Of a stretch of DNA of 36,815 nucleotides, positions 23,101-35,803 are shown in pieces (within the stretch, counting starts at the first letter, position 1; every line of letters starts with the position of its first letter). The notes beneath the pieces were generated by a model that had not been told where the DNA came from, made no database searches, and was given only the letters and a program-made list of their open reading frames with translations. Position numbers and translations under genes: made by a program. Source of the DNA: Seison nebaliae (taxonomy: Eukaryota); assembly GCA_023231475.1 (NCBI GenBank), contig JALJEE010002092.1, positions 1 through 36,815 of the forward strand. Reading direction: 5' to 3'.

Positions 23101-26100
23101 CTCACGTTTTCATCATAATAAATCTGATTGGAAAGAAGGGTGTGGGAAATAGGAAGAAAGTATGGAATAAATTCGGATATCAAACTATTTTGTTTTGTTC
23201 GAATCGATTTCGATGATGGTGAATGATTCAAAATAATTAGAAATACATATATTTTTAGATATCGTATACATCGAATAAAACATTCGATAAACAATAGATT
23301 AAATTGAGAAGATTAATAATGGATTGAACGAAATGAATTATAGAAAGAAGATTATTTTCACGATAAATTTCTTCTTTTTTATCAATCAAAATGACAAATA
23401 AGAATGTTACTCTATTAATATCAGTAGACATTTGGTAGATGATTTTCGTAGATTGAGAAGCATTTCGTATGATCGTAAGAAGAATGATGTCATGTTTATG
23501 CATGCACAGAGGAAGATATGTCAGTTTTTTGATGGTGAGGAGTTCGAGGAACGAATATTAATTCATTCAGTTAATTGCATTTCGAGACACTAATCGAATG
23601 TATTGGCGGGGTAAACAACGTGAGGAGGAAATCGTATGAATAGGAGGTTGGAGAAAAATAATATAAGAGAACATTTCTATTCAATCGAACAGACCTAATA
23701 TCAGTTTCTGATGGATAGAACGGTTAGAGAACGATATTTATTTGAATTGAGAAAATTAGATAATCCAGTTAATCGTAGTGGAAACAAAATGTAATTGAAA
23801 ATTTGTTTAGTTATATTATTTTTACTCGTCTCCAATTTCACTGGCTAATGGCATTGTTTGGTGAATGAAAATGAAATTAAATGAATTACCACCAAATTCA
23901 AGAAATTTTTAGTTCGATATTCCTCGTTCGTAAAATATACCGATTATTATAAGTCATAATAATAATATGTAAGAAGCGAACTCCATCTATCGGACATAGA
24001 AAAGCAGAGCAAACATAAATTCTAGGAAGCCAAATAATATTTTTTGGTGGAATCGAAAAATTATCGTTTTCGATGTGTACATAATTTGGTGGGACCTTGG
24101 CATTTCGAATTTTTACATACAATAAACTACTTCTGTTCAACTGAAGTTGAGGAATTTCATAAAAATTCTACTATGATGGAATAAAAAATACATACATATA
24201 TATATATATCTATCATATATATCTTATATGATATATTATCCATATTAAGTTCAATTCCTTTAAAGTAGAATTTAATGGTTGGTTTTCCTGGAGTATTCCT
24301 ATGTCTGAAGTATATGAATAAATTATTAGAATTGCGTATAAAATCTTTCACAATAATCATAAAAAATGAATTTAGGGGAAGATGAATGGAGAAACATATT
24401 TACGAAAATTTTCGACCAATTGATAATCGGTTCGAAACATTCATATTAACCATTTTTATGAATTACTCAATTTTCATTGGTGAATATAGAGAACAATATG
24501 ATCTTCTGATCCTACTCGATGTTCAACCAGCTAGATGTCATAAATAACTCATCGAGGATTATTGAGAATAATTCAGCGAAATTTGAAATTGAGCGAGAAA
24601 ATAAGGAAGAGAGGAATATTGAAGAATGAATAAAATTGATTTGATGGGGAAATGATGAATTGAGAATCTGTTCACGTTTTCTTCTGTCGTTTACTATTTA
24701 TCGATCGATTGACATGGAAAAAGATTTTCGTGAAAGAGAAAAGAAAGTTGTATGGAAATAAACGATTATCATTAAGATAATATAAATTTTAAGTGAATTC
24801 AACTATCTCACTTAAAGTGTCTTCATTGTTTCCAATTGTCGATCGTTGTCGAGGAGGAATTAAACCAGATTTTCATCAAACTTGTATACTTATATATTCA
24901 ACATAAATATAGAAATTTATTTGACTATAATGGAAGATACATCTCCCAATCATCATCATCATCAATATTGTTGTTGTTGTTGTCGTTGTTATTATTAATA
25001 TTTAATATTATTATCTCAAATGAAAGTATGTGACAATGCAAGAAATAAAACAACATTTCAATGATGAGTGATACAATTGGAGTTGTATTGTTCTCCTAGT
25101 TTAACCGGTTGAGAAAAACGGTTCTCTACCTTCTTTCCTGGACTATCAATTCGATTACACTTAATAGTTGGTGAGAGAATTTTTGTGTTATTCAGATAAT
25201 TCAGAATAAGAAAGAATATTGCTCATCGTTTCTTACTAGAACAATAATGATTGATTCGACTAAATTAAAATAATTATTATGGCGAACAAATAGATACATT
25301 ATGGATGGATACATTAGGGAAAGCATGTTAAATCGATTAAATTTGTCAACAAATTCTCATGAAGATAAATGGAATCTCATATGTCGAGTAAATTCGTTCT
25401 CGATCATACACCTCCTTACCATTGGCTTAGGGATCCAAAAAATTATTTTTTTAGAAACTAATTACGTCAGTAGTTCGATCAAGTGGAAATTCCATCATCG
25501 CCTTCCACCATTTCTAACGACATTGCTTACTGGATTAATATCTTGTGATAAATTTAGTGTGTCGCCTGATTTTTATCACAATCCGATGTTACTCGATTCT
25601 GATTATCTGAATAGTGATAGATGAGGACGATTATGAGATGATCTCTTCCGCATGAAAGAAATGAAATTTTGTCAAATATTTTCCATTCTTTTTTTGAACA
25701 TGAGAAACGAACTCTCTTTTTTTCTTACTCGTCAACTTGTTATCTAAAGAGAAGAAGAAAGAAAAAAAGATAAAAAGAAATGTTCAACTAAACAAAATAA
25801 GGGACAGATATGGATGACGTAATGATGAAAGTGATACCATCGAATTGATGAGTATTTTGATTTCCTTATCTCTTATTATGAGGTAGTTACCTGAATTCGA
25901 TTCTTCTGTGTATCTTATTTCTCATTCATTTCTGTTAAACTTCTCCATATTTCTTTGTATTCATACGTCATCTGTCAACATTGGGATCGACGAGTATTCG
26001 TTAACAAACTTCGAAGTTGTAGTTAATGTAAAAGGAATGAAATAGAGGAAGATGTGTGGAGGTATAAGGATGAAATTGGATAAATGGCAACATCATTACA

Positions 26101-29100
26101 AGTTGATATCGTTATTATCATTTTCAGAATCGATCAAATTGTCTTTTTTTGGGTGTTTCCTTTTCTTCTGATTATCACTCAACTATTTAATTATTGTTCG
26201 TAAGAGAATCATTGAATTATTAAATTCAATCAGTTATTTTTGAAAGAATTTTATGAAACAAAAATTGACCAAAAAATTGTGTACAAATTCTATTTGTCTA
26301 GCATTTGTAGATGAATGATCATCTTAATCAATCAATATGAATATAAATAACAAATAAATATTAAATACAAATAACTATTCGTTCCAATACTTTATTATTT
26401 ACATATTATCACTGTCGCTATTGTTACGATGATAAGTTCACATTCGCTTTCACTTGTCGATTATGGATGGAAGGTGATGGAAAGGAAATAATTTTCATTA
26501 TTTGCTTTCAATAAATAATTTCAATTAAAAAAGAAAACGAGTAGAAACATTTTTTATTGTTTTCATAATATAATTGAATTCTTTTTCTCGTGAATTTGAA
26601 GATGAAACCAGAACGAAAGGAAATTTGATGGAAAAATGAGAAAAGAATTTTCAGAATTTTACAAAGTTTTTTCGGGAAGAACAATAAGTTTTTGGTGGGG
26701 AAGAATGAGAATGAAACGGAAGAAAGCTCTTCCCGAACATTTTCATAATTAGAATATCAGTCAAGTGAAAAAACGAAGAAGAATGAAAAAGTGGAAGTTC
26801 TAGTAGTTGAGAATCGATTAAATTGGAATAAAATTAAATGGAAGAATAGCAATTTCATTTAGTAATGAAAATTCATTTTCAGAAATGAGAAAATTGAATT
26901 GCTTCCTTCAAATCTCGTTCGTTGAACTTCACTTTAATATTTATGACAATTCTCACTTTTGTTATTGGAAGAAGGAGAAGTTGAAATAAAATCGAATTGA
27001 TCGATTGGAGGGAAAGGAAAGAAAGCGAAAGTTCATTCGAATGACTGATGGAAACTTAATGGAACTTTGAAAACTAAGAAATTTTGAAGAAACTTTCTTC
27101 AAGAAACTTATGAAATAGTTTCTTTTTTAATCTTCAAGTCACGTTTAATAGCAACGTTCATATTTTCATCGTTTTCATCGTCGACATATATCGTGAAAAA
27201 GGTGGAGGAGATGTGAGAAGTTAGTTTGGCAGAAATTGGAAGAATTAACGAAACATTAAAGATTTATTATAGAGAAAGTCGAGTTTCTTGTGTTTTCACG
27301 GAATATATATACGGTATATACATAATAAGATTGACATCAGTAACGAACGATCAGATATAACGGAATTAATTGAAAGTGTTGAACGAAGAAGAGAAATCTA
27401 AATGAGAATACATTTGTTTTTCATATGACAATGAGAATAATTCTCATTTTTATGATAATGATAATAATATTCAAAAGATTCTTTTTTAGCTATTGTTTTT
27501 ATGCAAATCGAACATCAAATCTATTCATCATCTATTCGATTTTTTTTTGATGAAAATCTTTACAATTGGAATACGATGACGAAAAGGAGGAATATGGCAA
27601 GGAACTTTCCCTCATCATTTCTCGTTATTAATAATGTTAATCGTTCCACTTACACCTGTCAGTCATCACATTGGAATTTGATGGAACAACAAACGATTAA
27701 ACTGTAAGAGAATTTCTCTTTATGGGAAAATGGAACATTTTAATTATTCAAATGTTTATCGATAAGTACTTCTGTTTGAGTCCCCAATCGTTCCCACTTT
27801 CATAACAAGCTCATTATATTAGAATCAGAAATTACATGAAAATTATAATGAAGTGAATATGGAATAAATCTTTACTTTCCCCTTTTTTGAATGACAAATA
27901 TTCGTGACGATATTCTTCAGATCAGAAAAATATCATTTTCTTTCATACAATCGAATCGAAGAAAGTCGGAACGGCATAATAATTATTAATTATAAAGTTA
28001 GTTGATTTGCATAAACTCATTTGGAGGAAAGAAGAAGTACTGATATGTATTTATATGACAATGCGCATATCATTTTCATATCATGTATCTTACCAGTCAA
28101 TCCCTCCATTTATTAGGTTGACGACTCTATATTTCCTATTGGGGTATAGAGTACCCAGAATGGGAAAGGCCAAAATCGAATAGATGACTGAGTATAAATT
28201 ATGTTGATCTATTCCTTTTCCTGATTGAGAATAAAAACATCAAAAATATTAATGATGACATCGACGTTGAGTAGCAATAATAGAAAGGAGAAAAACATTA
28301 TTCCAATGAAGAATGCATCAGTTCTATCTCAATCATCATTCGTATAAATCATAATCTATGAATATACGGTATTAGTCATGGATACACTATCCGACATCAC
28401 TCTACTTTCCACTTCGTCAAATGAAGAGAAATATAAAAATAATGAAAGATATTAATAGGAAACTGATAATAATTATCATCACCATCATCATAGTTCCACT
28501 CATCTTATCAATAAAAACATAACATCAGTATCAAGTTGAAAATGATACATAAAAATTTAAAAACAAAAAAATAATATCAAAATAATTCGGAGTTGTTCAT
28601 AATTAATCATCATTCATTTATTTTTCTATTATTCATCCATATCATTTCCATATTAGATGAAATTAGATTTCTAACGACTTTCATTGGAATTGATAAAACT
28701 TTTTCATCTACTTACTTATTCACTTTTCAATGAATATATTCCATCCTTTCCACGACGTTCATCTGACGACCAGGAAAATAAATAACTTTCTTTCCACTCT
28801 CTAATGATCGATGCACGTAACAAATGGAGAATAAAGTGAATTTTTATTATTATACATGACTCTTCTTTCATTTTTTATCATATCATTTATTACAAATAAG
28901 ACATCAAATCTTCAATTTTCACTACGTGGTTGAGAAAGTTCTTTCTTCTTATTCGAACTAATAATCTTTACCATTCTTTTTTTATTATTATTGCTTCGTA
29001 TCATAAAACCGATAGGTTGTTCTCCCTCTCAAAATACCCCCAACAAAATCCACCATCAAAAATTTGAGTATTTTAATGATTTTCTTCTTCGTGTTTCTTG

Positions 29101-29595
29101 CCAAGAAATTTTTTTAACTTCGCCAAATTGATAAGGAGAAATTATAATTAAATTATTCTCCAACATTCAGGAACGACAAAACAATTATTCTTTCGCAAAT
29201 TTCCTTCAACAATTCCTGTTAGGATATCAAAATTTTAAGGAGTTTATTTATTGAACACGCGTGACACCTCAAACATTTTTGTCAGACACAACCTCCAAAA
29301 CAAATTCTTGTGCCCCATATCAAACTACGATGATCAATTCTATAAAAATATTTCAAATCTTCTCAAATGTGTCTCATCACAATACATTATCTAACGTTCA
29401 ATGAATTTCAAGTTTAATAAATAGTTTTGAGAATAATGTTGGGGAAGTTGATGTTCTTGCTAGGAAACAACTAATTCTAAATATTTATCAATTAAACTGT
29501 ATGATTTGTAATAAGTTTTTGTCTAATACGAATAATAATTAGATATCACATGGAAAATTTAATAAGTTCTTTGAAAATTCTTTAAAGAGTTGGCT

Positions 29596-30172
29596 ATGGA
29601 GAAAGTAATGTCAAATTTATTAGTTCGTAATTTCCGAAGAATCATAATAAACAACAATACAAATATAAAATGTTATGGAAATCATTTGAAGATATTGAAA
29701 ATAAACATTAATTCGCATCGAACATACAGTACAAAAGGACGGGAAGAGAAGAAGGAAACGTTATGGGAAAAATTTAAGCAATCTTATAAACAGAATGGGA
29801 GAACTTTTCTTATTGTTCATCTTTCCTTAACATCAATGTATTTGGCATCATTCTACATCTTAATCTCAAAGTTCGTTAAGTTTTATTTGATTTGTCTTCT
29901 AATCGTTTCACGAACAAAATAGTGGACTAATGAAAGTTACCGACATTTTGACATGGCTACAGTCGAATGGCGTCATCACAGATTCGTTATATACCAGTTT
30001 AAAGAATAGAGTAGAAAGTGAAAAACAGACGGATAAAAGTCATCAGTTGAAATCGTTTGTTGCTGCATATATCGCTTACAAGAGTATCACTCCGTTTCGA
30101 TATTTGACAACGATTGGAGTAACAACAATTGTGGTTCGTTATTTGAAAAAATATCGATTTCTATTGAAATAG
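29596..30172 (+). CDS. FAM210: FAM210/DUF1279 family mitochondrial membrane protein; 2 exons
   Basis: Basic presequence-like N-terminus, KFKQSYKQNGRTFLIVH, intron 29871-29922, FVAAYIAYKSITPFRYLTTIGVT..VRYLKK. Confidence 0.88.
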
Positions 30173-30616
30173 AACGTTCGTCTCAGTATTCGTATCAATG
30201 AAATTTTGTAATTCTTTCTCTACTTTATCTTTCAGTTCAACAGGAACCATTTCTTTAAAGGAAATTAATTTTCATTTCCAAATAAAAAGTTCAACTTCGT
30301 GCTTTCGGTGTTATTTGCTCGACTAATTTGTCAACTGTCAAATTACTGAATCCTTCTTTCTTTACAATTTCTATGAATATTATTATTATTATGAAATTTG
30401 AATTGATGAAAGAGTCAAATAAAAACCATTACAATATGTTCTCATTTCATCACGCCATCCACTTTCATAGAGACCCTGACGAACGATATCCATCAATCGT
30501 TCTTTTTCTCCCGTATCTTTCAATGAAGATAAAATTTTTGATTTTAACGCTGCATGTGAACTGTTGAAGACATGGAAATAGAAGAGAGAAGATAATGGAT
30601 GAAATATAAACTCCAT
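30161..30616 (-). CDS. ENY2: ENY2/Sus1, SAGA DUB and TREX-2 subunit; 4 exons
   Basis: Introns 30561-30611, 30371-30426, 30253-30295. Product MDSHAALKSKILSSLKDTGEKERLMDIVRQGLYESGWRDEMRTYCNEIVKKEGFSNLTVDKLVEQITPKARKMVPVELK..VLFQ*. Confidence 0.93.
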
Positions 30617-30846
30617 TTCGTTTCGTGTGATTGGAAGAAAGTTACGAAATGTAATTGGAACTTTATTATAGAAGAAATGTTACTTTGAAGTGGATCATTA
30701 AAAGAGAAAGTAAGTTCACCTAAATTAGAGGATGTTTTGAAAATTGGAAATTAATTTCGTATGAAATATTCAGCTAAAAATTCAAAAATCCAAAATCGGT
30801 ATAGTTCAACAATTAATTTTGTGATAGCTAATAAATAGCACTGTTT

Positions 30847-30860
30847 GTTTCCATAGTGAT
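30847..30860. promoter_or_regulatory. Candidate RFX X-box upstream of IFT27
   Basis: GTTTCCATAGTGAT (reverse complement ATCACTATGGAAAC) fits RTHNYY-WT-RRNRAC and lies 35-48 nt before a ciliary gene ATG. Confidence 0.65.
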
Positions 30861-30894
30861 TATAGTTAAAAACGTAAAAATTCTTTAAAGTAAA

Positions 30895-31446
30895 ATGGTT
30901 CATCTTCGTGCAAAGTTAGTTATAGCTGGTGATGGAGCCGTTGGGAAGACTACTCTTCGACGTATGATTACTTCGGATGGGGCCGATTTAGTAAAAGCAT
31001 ATAAACCGACAATAATGACAGAATTATCTCAAAAGAAAATGCGACTTTCTCGATCGGAAGATGCTGTTGAATTCCATATATATGACAGTAGTGGATTGGC
31101 AATCTTTACGAAGTTCAATCAACTAGTTTGGCATAATCCAGACATCTATTTCCTCGTTTATGATGTGACGATGAAGAATTCATTGCGACATTGTGGTTAT
31201 TGGATGCAAAGACTATTAGAGAGTTGTAAAGATCGAGATGCTGTTGGATTCCTGATAGCAAATAAGATAGACCAAGAACAAAAACGTGAAATAACTTATA
31301 ATGTCGGGGATAATTTGGCAAAGAAACATAATTTGATTTACAAAGAAATTTGTTGTTTCGATATCTCAACGATTAATGACTTATTATCAGAAGCGGCAGA
31401 TGTTTATCTTCAACGCTATAAAACGTTCATTAGATATCTTCAATAA
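30895..31446 (+). CDS. IFT27: IFT27/RABL4 small GTPase, intronless
   Basis: MVHLRAKLVIAGDGAVGKT..SDG..K.Y N-terminus typical of IFT27; VEFHIYDSSG and ANKID motifs; no C-terminal prenylation motif. Confidence 0.9.
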   Translation: MVHLRAKLVIAGDGAVGKTTLRRMITSDGADLVKAYKPTIMTELSQKKMRLSRSEDAVEFHIYDSSGLAIFTKFNQLVWHNPDIYFLVYDVTMKNSLRHCGYWMQRLLESCKDRDAVGFLIANKIDQEQKREITYNVGDNLAKKHNLIYKEICCFDISTINDLLSEAADVYLQRYKTFIRYLQ

Positions 31447-31601
31447 CATTACATTGTTCTCTAAATTTATTGTGTATTTACAAAGATGTTCTTTCTTTAA
31501 ATTTCTAAAAGCTTTTTCAAATATTTATATCTTTCCGTATATAACATTTCCCATAAATTTTTTTCTTCACTAAATTCAGAATTCTTTCTTAGTTGATTAT
31601 C

Positions 31602-31614
31602 GTTACTGGACGAT
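31602..31614. promoter_or_regulatory. Possible RFX X-box at the CFAP70 start
   Basis: GTTACTGGACGAT (reverse complement ATCGTC-C-AGTAAC), a 13-bp X-box-like site abutting the ATG. Confidence 0.4.
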
Positions 31615-34600
31615 GACAGATGAAAATAAACGAATTTTGATCAATATCGATTCTATAAAGAATTTGGTTAATATCTTAAATCGAAATTTACTGATAAGTT
31701 TTTCGATTGAAGTACATCCAAAAAACGGAAGGGATCACTTTGGTTTTAAAATTGGAATGGAATGATAAAATTATTGGAGAAACACAAAAAGTTATGTGTA
31801 ATCCGTCGGTGGATGAACAGTATGACCAATTGTTGTATGAGGAGAAACCGATCAATCAGGAGTTTTTCTTAAATATACAAATTAATGATTTGTCATTCTT
31901 TAACGATATTGCTTCTAAACCATTGATCAGTTGAGATATTATTAAAAAATCTAAAATATTCAATTTAATCATTATAGTGACAATTTATGAAATAATACCG
32001 AAAGAAAAAAAACAAAAAGAAGATAAGAGTACTCCTATCGGTCAAATGATAATTTCTTTACTGCCATTCATTATGGGACAAAATCGATTAGATATTCTAC
32101 AACCAATTATTCCCATTGGAAGTAATCCAATTTTACAAAACACTCCCGACAACGAACCTGCAGCTATGTCACTCGTTCTCGAAAGTTTCCAAGATATTGC
32201 TGTCAGATCTTTTCCAACTTCCACCAAACTAACACCTCAGCAACAATTGTCCCCGTTCATAAATGGAAATCTCATGAAAGTTTTTGTTGATTCCTTAAAT
32301 AATCTTCCCGAACAAACTGGTCCCAATGGTGTTTTCACTCTATTTACTAAATTCCCGTTGGGCAAAGATGTTAGTTCTTCACTTTTCCTTCCAATTGATA
32401 TATCTCCAAAAAGAAATGGTCTCTTAATATCATCACAAATGGAGTTCTTCGATCATTTGTCGATTCACAAACTGATCCAAAAGAATTTCGATATGATAAT
32501 ACAAGAACTATTTTGGAGAAATCGGGCTACTACATCACGTTAATATTTTTTCGTTCTTTTAAAGATTACTTATTATTTCGTTTTTAAGAGGAGCGATTCC
32601 ACCACCACCAACCATCGTTACTTCACCAACAGTTAAAAAAGTTGCAGGAAATGAAAGTCCGATGCCTGAAGAAGATTCATTACGTGTTAGTTGGAGAGTA
32701 TTGAAGAATGTTTTCGTCGATAAATTAGGAATGAGCAGGTAGTTTTTGGTTTAACTCTCTATTCACTGAATATGAAATTGAACGTTTGTAGATTGAAACA
32801 ATTCTTACAAGTTAATCGATATTGGCCTTTTGAAGTTATTAAGACATTCCCTACTACCAATAATCGTTTACGAAAAGTTTCATTTTCTTTCCAATAATTA
32901 TTTTTTATTACATTTTCAATTTTAGGATGAGGATGTTATAATGCATTCTGTAATAAAGGTTGATATGGCTCAATTAATATATCCTGGATGTTCATTTTTT
33001 AATTTTAAAAATCATTTCGTTTCATCGAGTTCCATTATTTAGCAACTGTTTTACAAGGTGCTTATCCATTGAAGACTCCATCCGGTAAATTGGATGAGAA
33101 AACCCTTGCGCCAACAGGTAGTTCATTGAACGAAGTTCTCGGTTTGTTGCCGTCGTTGTTTGATAGAAGTATCATTTCAACCGGCTTCGGTTCCAAAAAC
33201 CAACCTTCTCAAGCCAAGGAGAAACTCCCCCCAAAAAAAGTTCTATTACTTACAAAAATATTGTTTAGGTAATATTTATATAATAAAAATTGTTAGTTGA
33301 AAACCGGTGAAGCTCGTTTGACGACTACTGGTGACAAGACAGCTCAACAATCAGGTACTGAGCAGGAGCAAAATGATTATGAAGAATCAGGATGTGTAAT
33401 ACAACTGACAATTGCCATATTATTTCCTATAGTTGAAGAGAGGACCACGGTAGACTATGTGAAAAAAATTGCTGAAATGATTCCACCCAGACCAAAAATT
33501 CCTCTAGCCGTCGCAGATGGAAAGCGAGCTGTTGATGAATTCCACGAACAAATACGGTCAATTTTAGGAACTTTAGTCGCACAATATAAGTTAAATATGT
33601 GTAATATTTGAGTGTTTAAGAAATATATTTCGCAGATCGTTATTCGCAGAACAGAACAAGCTATCTACTGAATATTCAGAGATAATGCAAAGGTTCATAT
33701 TATCATTTATGTTTTAATCTTTTGTCTTATACTGTTAATTTAACAAAGGAAAGAGAAATTACTGTTCGAACTGAACACAAATGGACGATATTTTGCTTTC
33801 AAAGAACAACTAAAATTAACAATAATACGAATCGTTAGAGAGAAATATGGAAATACGAAAAAATTTGCAAACGACGACGAATTACATCGATTTATTGTAG
33901 ATTTATATATCTTCTTAATTGATGAAATGCAGAGTGCCCTCAATAATGAACTAACTGATGAAGAAAAGGTGTTTTTCCTTAATTTCACAATATTCTTATA
34001 GTTCTTTAGAGAAAAACCAATCATTTAGACATACAACGATTGTTGTTATTTGCAAAAGAAGCGGAGTGGAGTAAAGATTACAAATTAGCACATTATTATT
34101 ATAAAGAGGTTAAGAAGTTAAAATCTTTGACATTTTGAAAAGTCTTTTAGCGAATTTTACATGATGAAACTAATCCTGATCTGTGGGTGGATTATGCTCG
34201 AATGGCTCTCGATATTAATGATTATTCAATGGCAGAACAATGTTTTCGCGAAGCGATTTCTTTAGACCAAACACATATTGTTGCATTAACATTACTAGGA
34301 GTAGTATTAATGACAAGACATCGTGTAGAGGAGGCTCAAACATGTCTAGAACGAGCAGTATCATTAGATCCGGAATCTCCTGTAATCATTTGCCTCTTAA
34401 GTTTATATTAATAAGAATCATTGTCGTTATATCGGTTTGTAAGGTTTATTCTTTGAACATGTCAATGATGTGGTTATGGCGGAAATGACGGTAAAGAAAA
34501 GTAGAAAGATTGCCAAAAAATTGTACAGAAAAGAAGTTGTAGAGGCAAATAAAGAATCACAAGAAGTACAAAGTCTCCAAAATTTAACAGTTACTCCTGG

Positions 34601-35803
34601 TTCTCGTCCAGATTCTGGAAAAATTTCGCCTAATCAACGTGCGAAATCCAGTAAATTAGATCGGAAAAGTTTTATTCATTTTGCATATATTTCAACCCGA
34701 TTATAAATAGATCGACCGATTTCCAGAAGTAAAAAGCGACTTGACAAAACTGATAACAGACATATTTCACCAGATGAGAAAGAGATGGAAGTAAAAATGG
34801 AAAATCAAATAGAAGTTGAAGCGGTGAACATTATGTATAAGAAAACTGCACAATTCCTGATTAAGAATCAACTCACTATCGTTATTTTTTAAGATATCAA
34901 ATAAATATCACCAATTCTCTCATTAGTTAATGGAAAGAGCATTAGCACATCGTTTAGTTCCAATGAATCAAGATGGCGATGAGGAAATCTTCAAAGATCA
35001 ACCTTTCCCAAAAAAGCGAACAAGAGAATATGCCATAGAATATTGGTTGATAGTAACCCAAGCAAAATTGCTGAAAAGAGAATGGCAAGAAGCCATGGAA
35101 TCCGCCAATAAAATTTTGAATTTGGATTATACTGTTAATCTAACTAATTGCTTATCATATAAATTATTTTATTTATTTTTTCAGAATCCAGACGCTTGGG
35201 CCTACTTGGGACATGCTCATTTTGGATTAAATGAGATCGACGAGGCTCAAAGTTGTTATGTACGAGTATTGAAATTTAACAAAGATGCAACCGACGATCA
35301 TTTTCTACGAATTCGCTTGGGAAACATATTGTTACAAAAGCAACAGGTTAACATGACGGAATAATTATTAAATTCTCTTATTCTTTCTAACAGTATGAAG
35401 AAGCTAAAGAAACTTTCTTAGCATGCTGTTTCAAAGAACCTACATGTTCCACTTGGTTAGGTGTCGGCATAGCTTGTTATCGAGTTTGATTTTCCTGTTC
35501 TCTTATCATTTCACGATATGTTATTAAGCTCGAATGTTTAACAGATGCTGAAGATGCATTAAGCGAAGCGAATGTTCTAAATAACCGTGAGCCTACGGTC
35601 TGGAGTTATCTCTCGATGATATGTTTGAGACAAAACCGTATTGAAGAAGCACAACAGGCCTTTAAATATTGCACAGATGTTTTATTTATTTGCAAAAAAC
35701 TTTCTAATCAAAGCTTTTAAACTAGATCCAGGAAGATAATCCGGAAATATGGGAAGAAATTGTAGAATTACAAGATACTCTCGGTTTAGAAAAGAAATTT
35801 TAA
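31613..35803 (+). CDS. CFAP70: CFAP70/TTC18, TPR protein of motile cilia; 20 exons
   Basis: A 19-intron model keeps one open frame. Motifs [59 protein letters not shown] repeats and [30 protein letters not shown]. Confidence 0.93.

Noticed and set aside
25879..25892. TGAGGTAGT, identical to the let-7 5' end
   Set aside because: The match stops after 9 nt and no pre-miRNA hairpin with a star arm is evident.
20223..27707. Numerous 60-115 aa ORFs in the spalt upstream region
   Set aside because: Low-complexity I/F/L/N/K-rich translations with no motifs and no consistent exon chains; expected by chance.
1316..35725. GTT introns as U12-type (minor) introns or as a burst of introner elements
   Set aside because: No GTATCCTT donor or TCCTTAAC branch motif, and intron bodies share no evident similarity to one another beyond the termini.
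1313..35803. Alternative genetic code or stop read-through as the explanation for fragmented ORFs
   Set aside because: All fragmentation in conserved genes resolves with short GT-AG introns under the standard code; stops in TE relics reflect decay.
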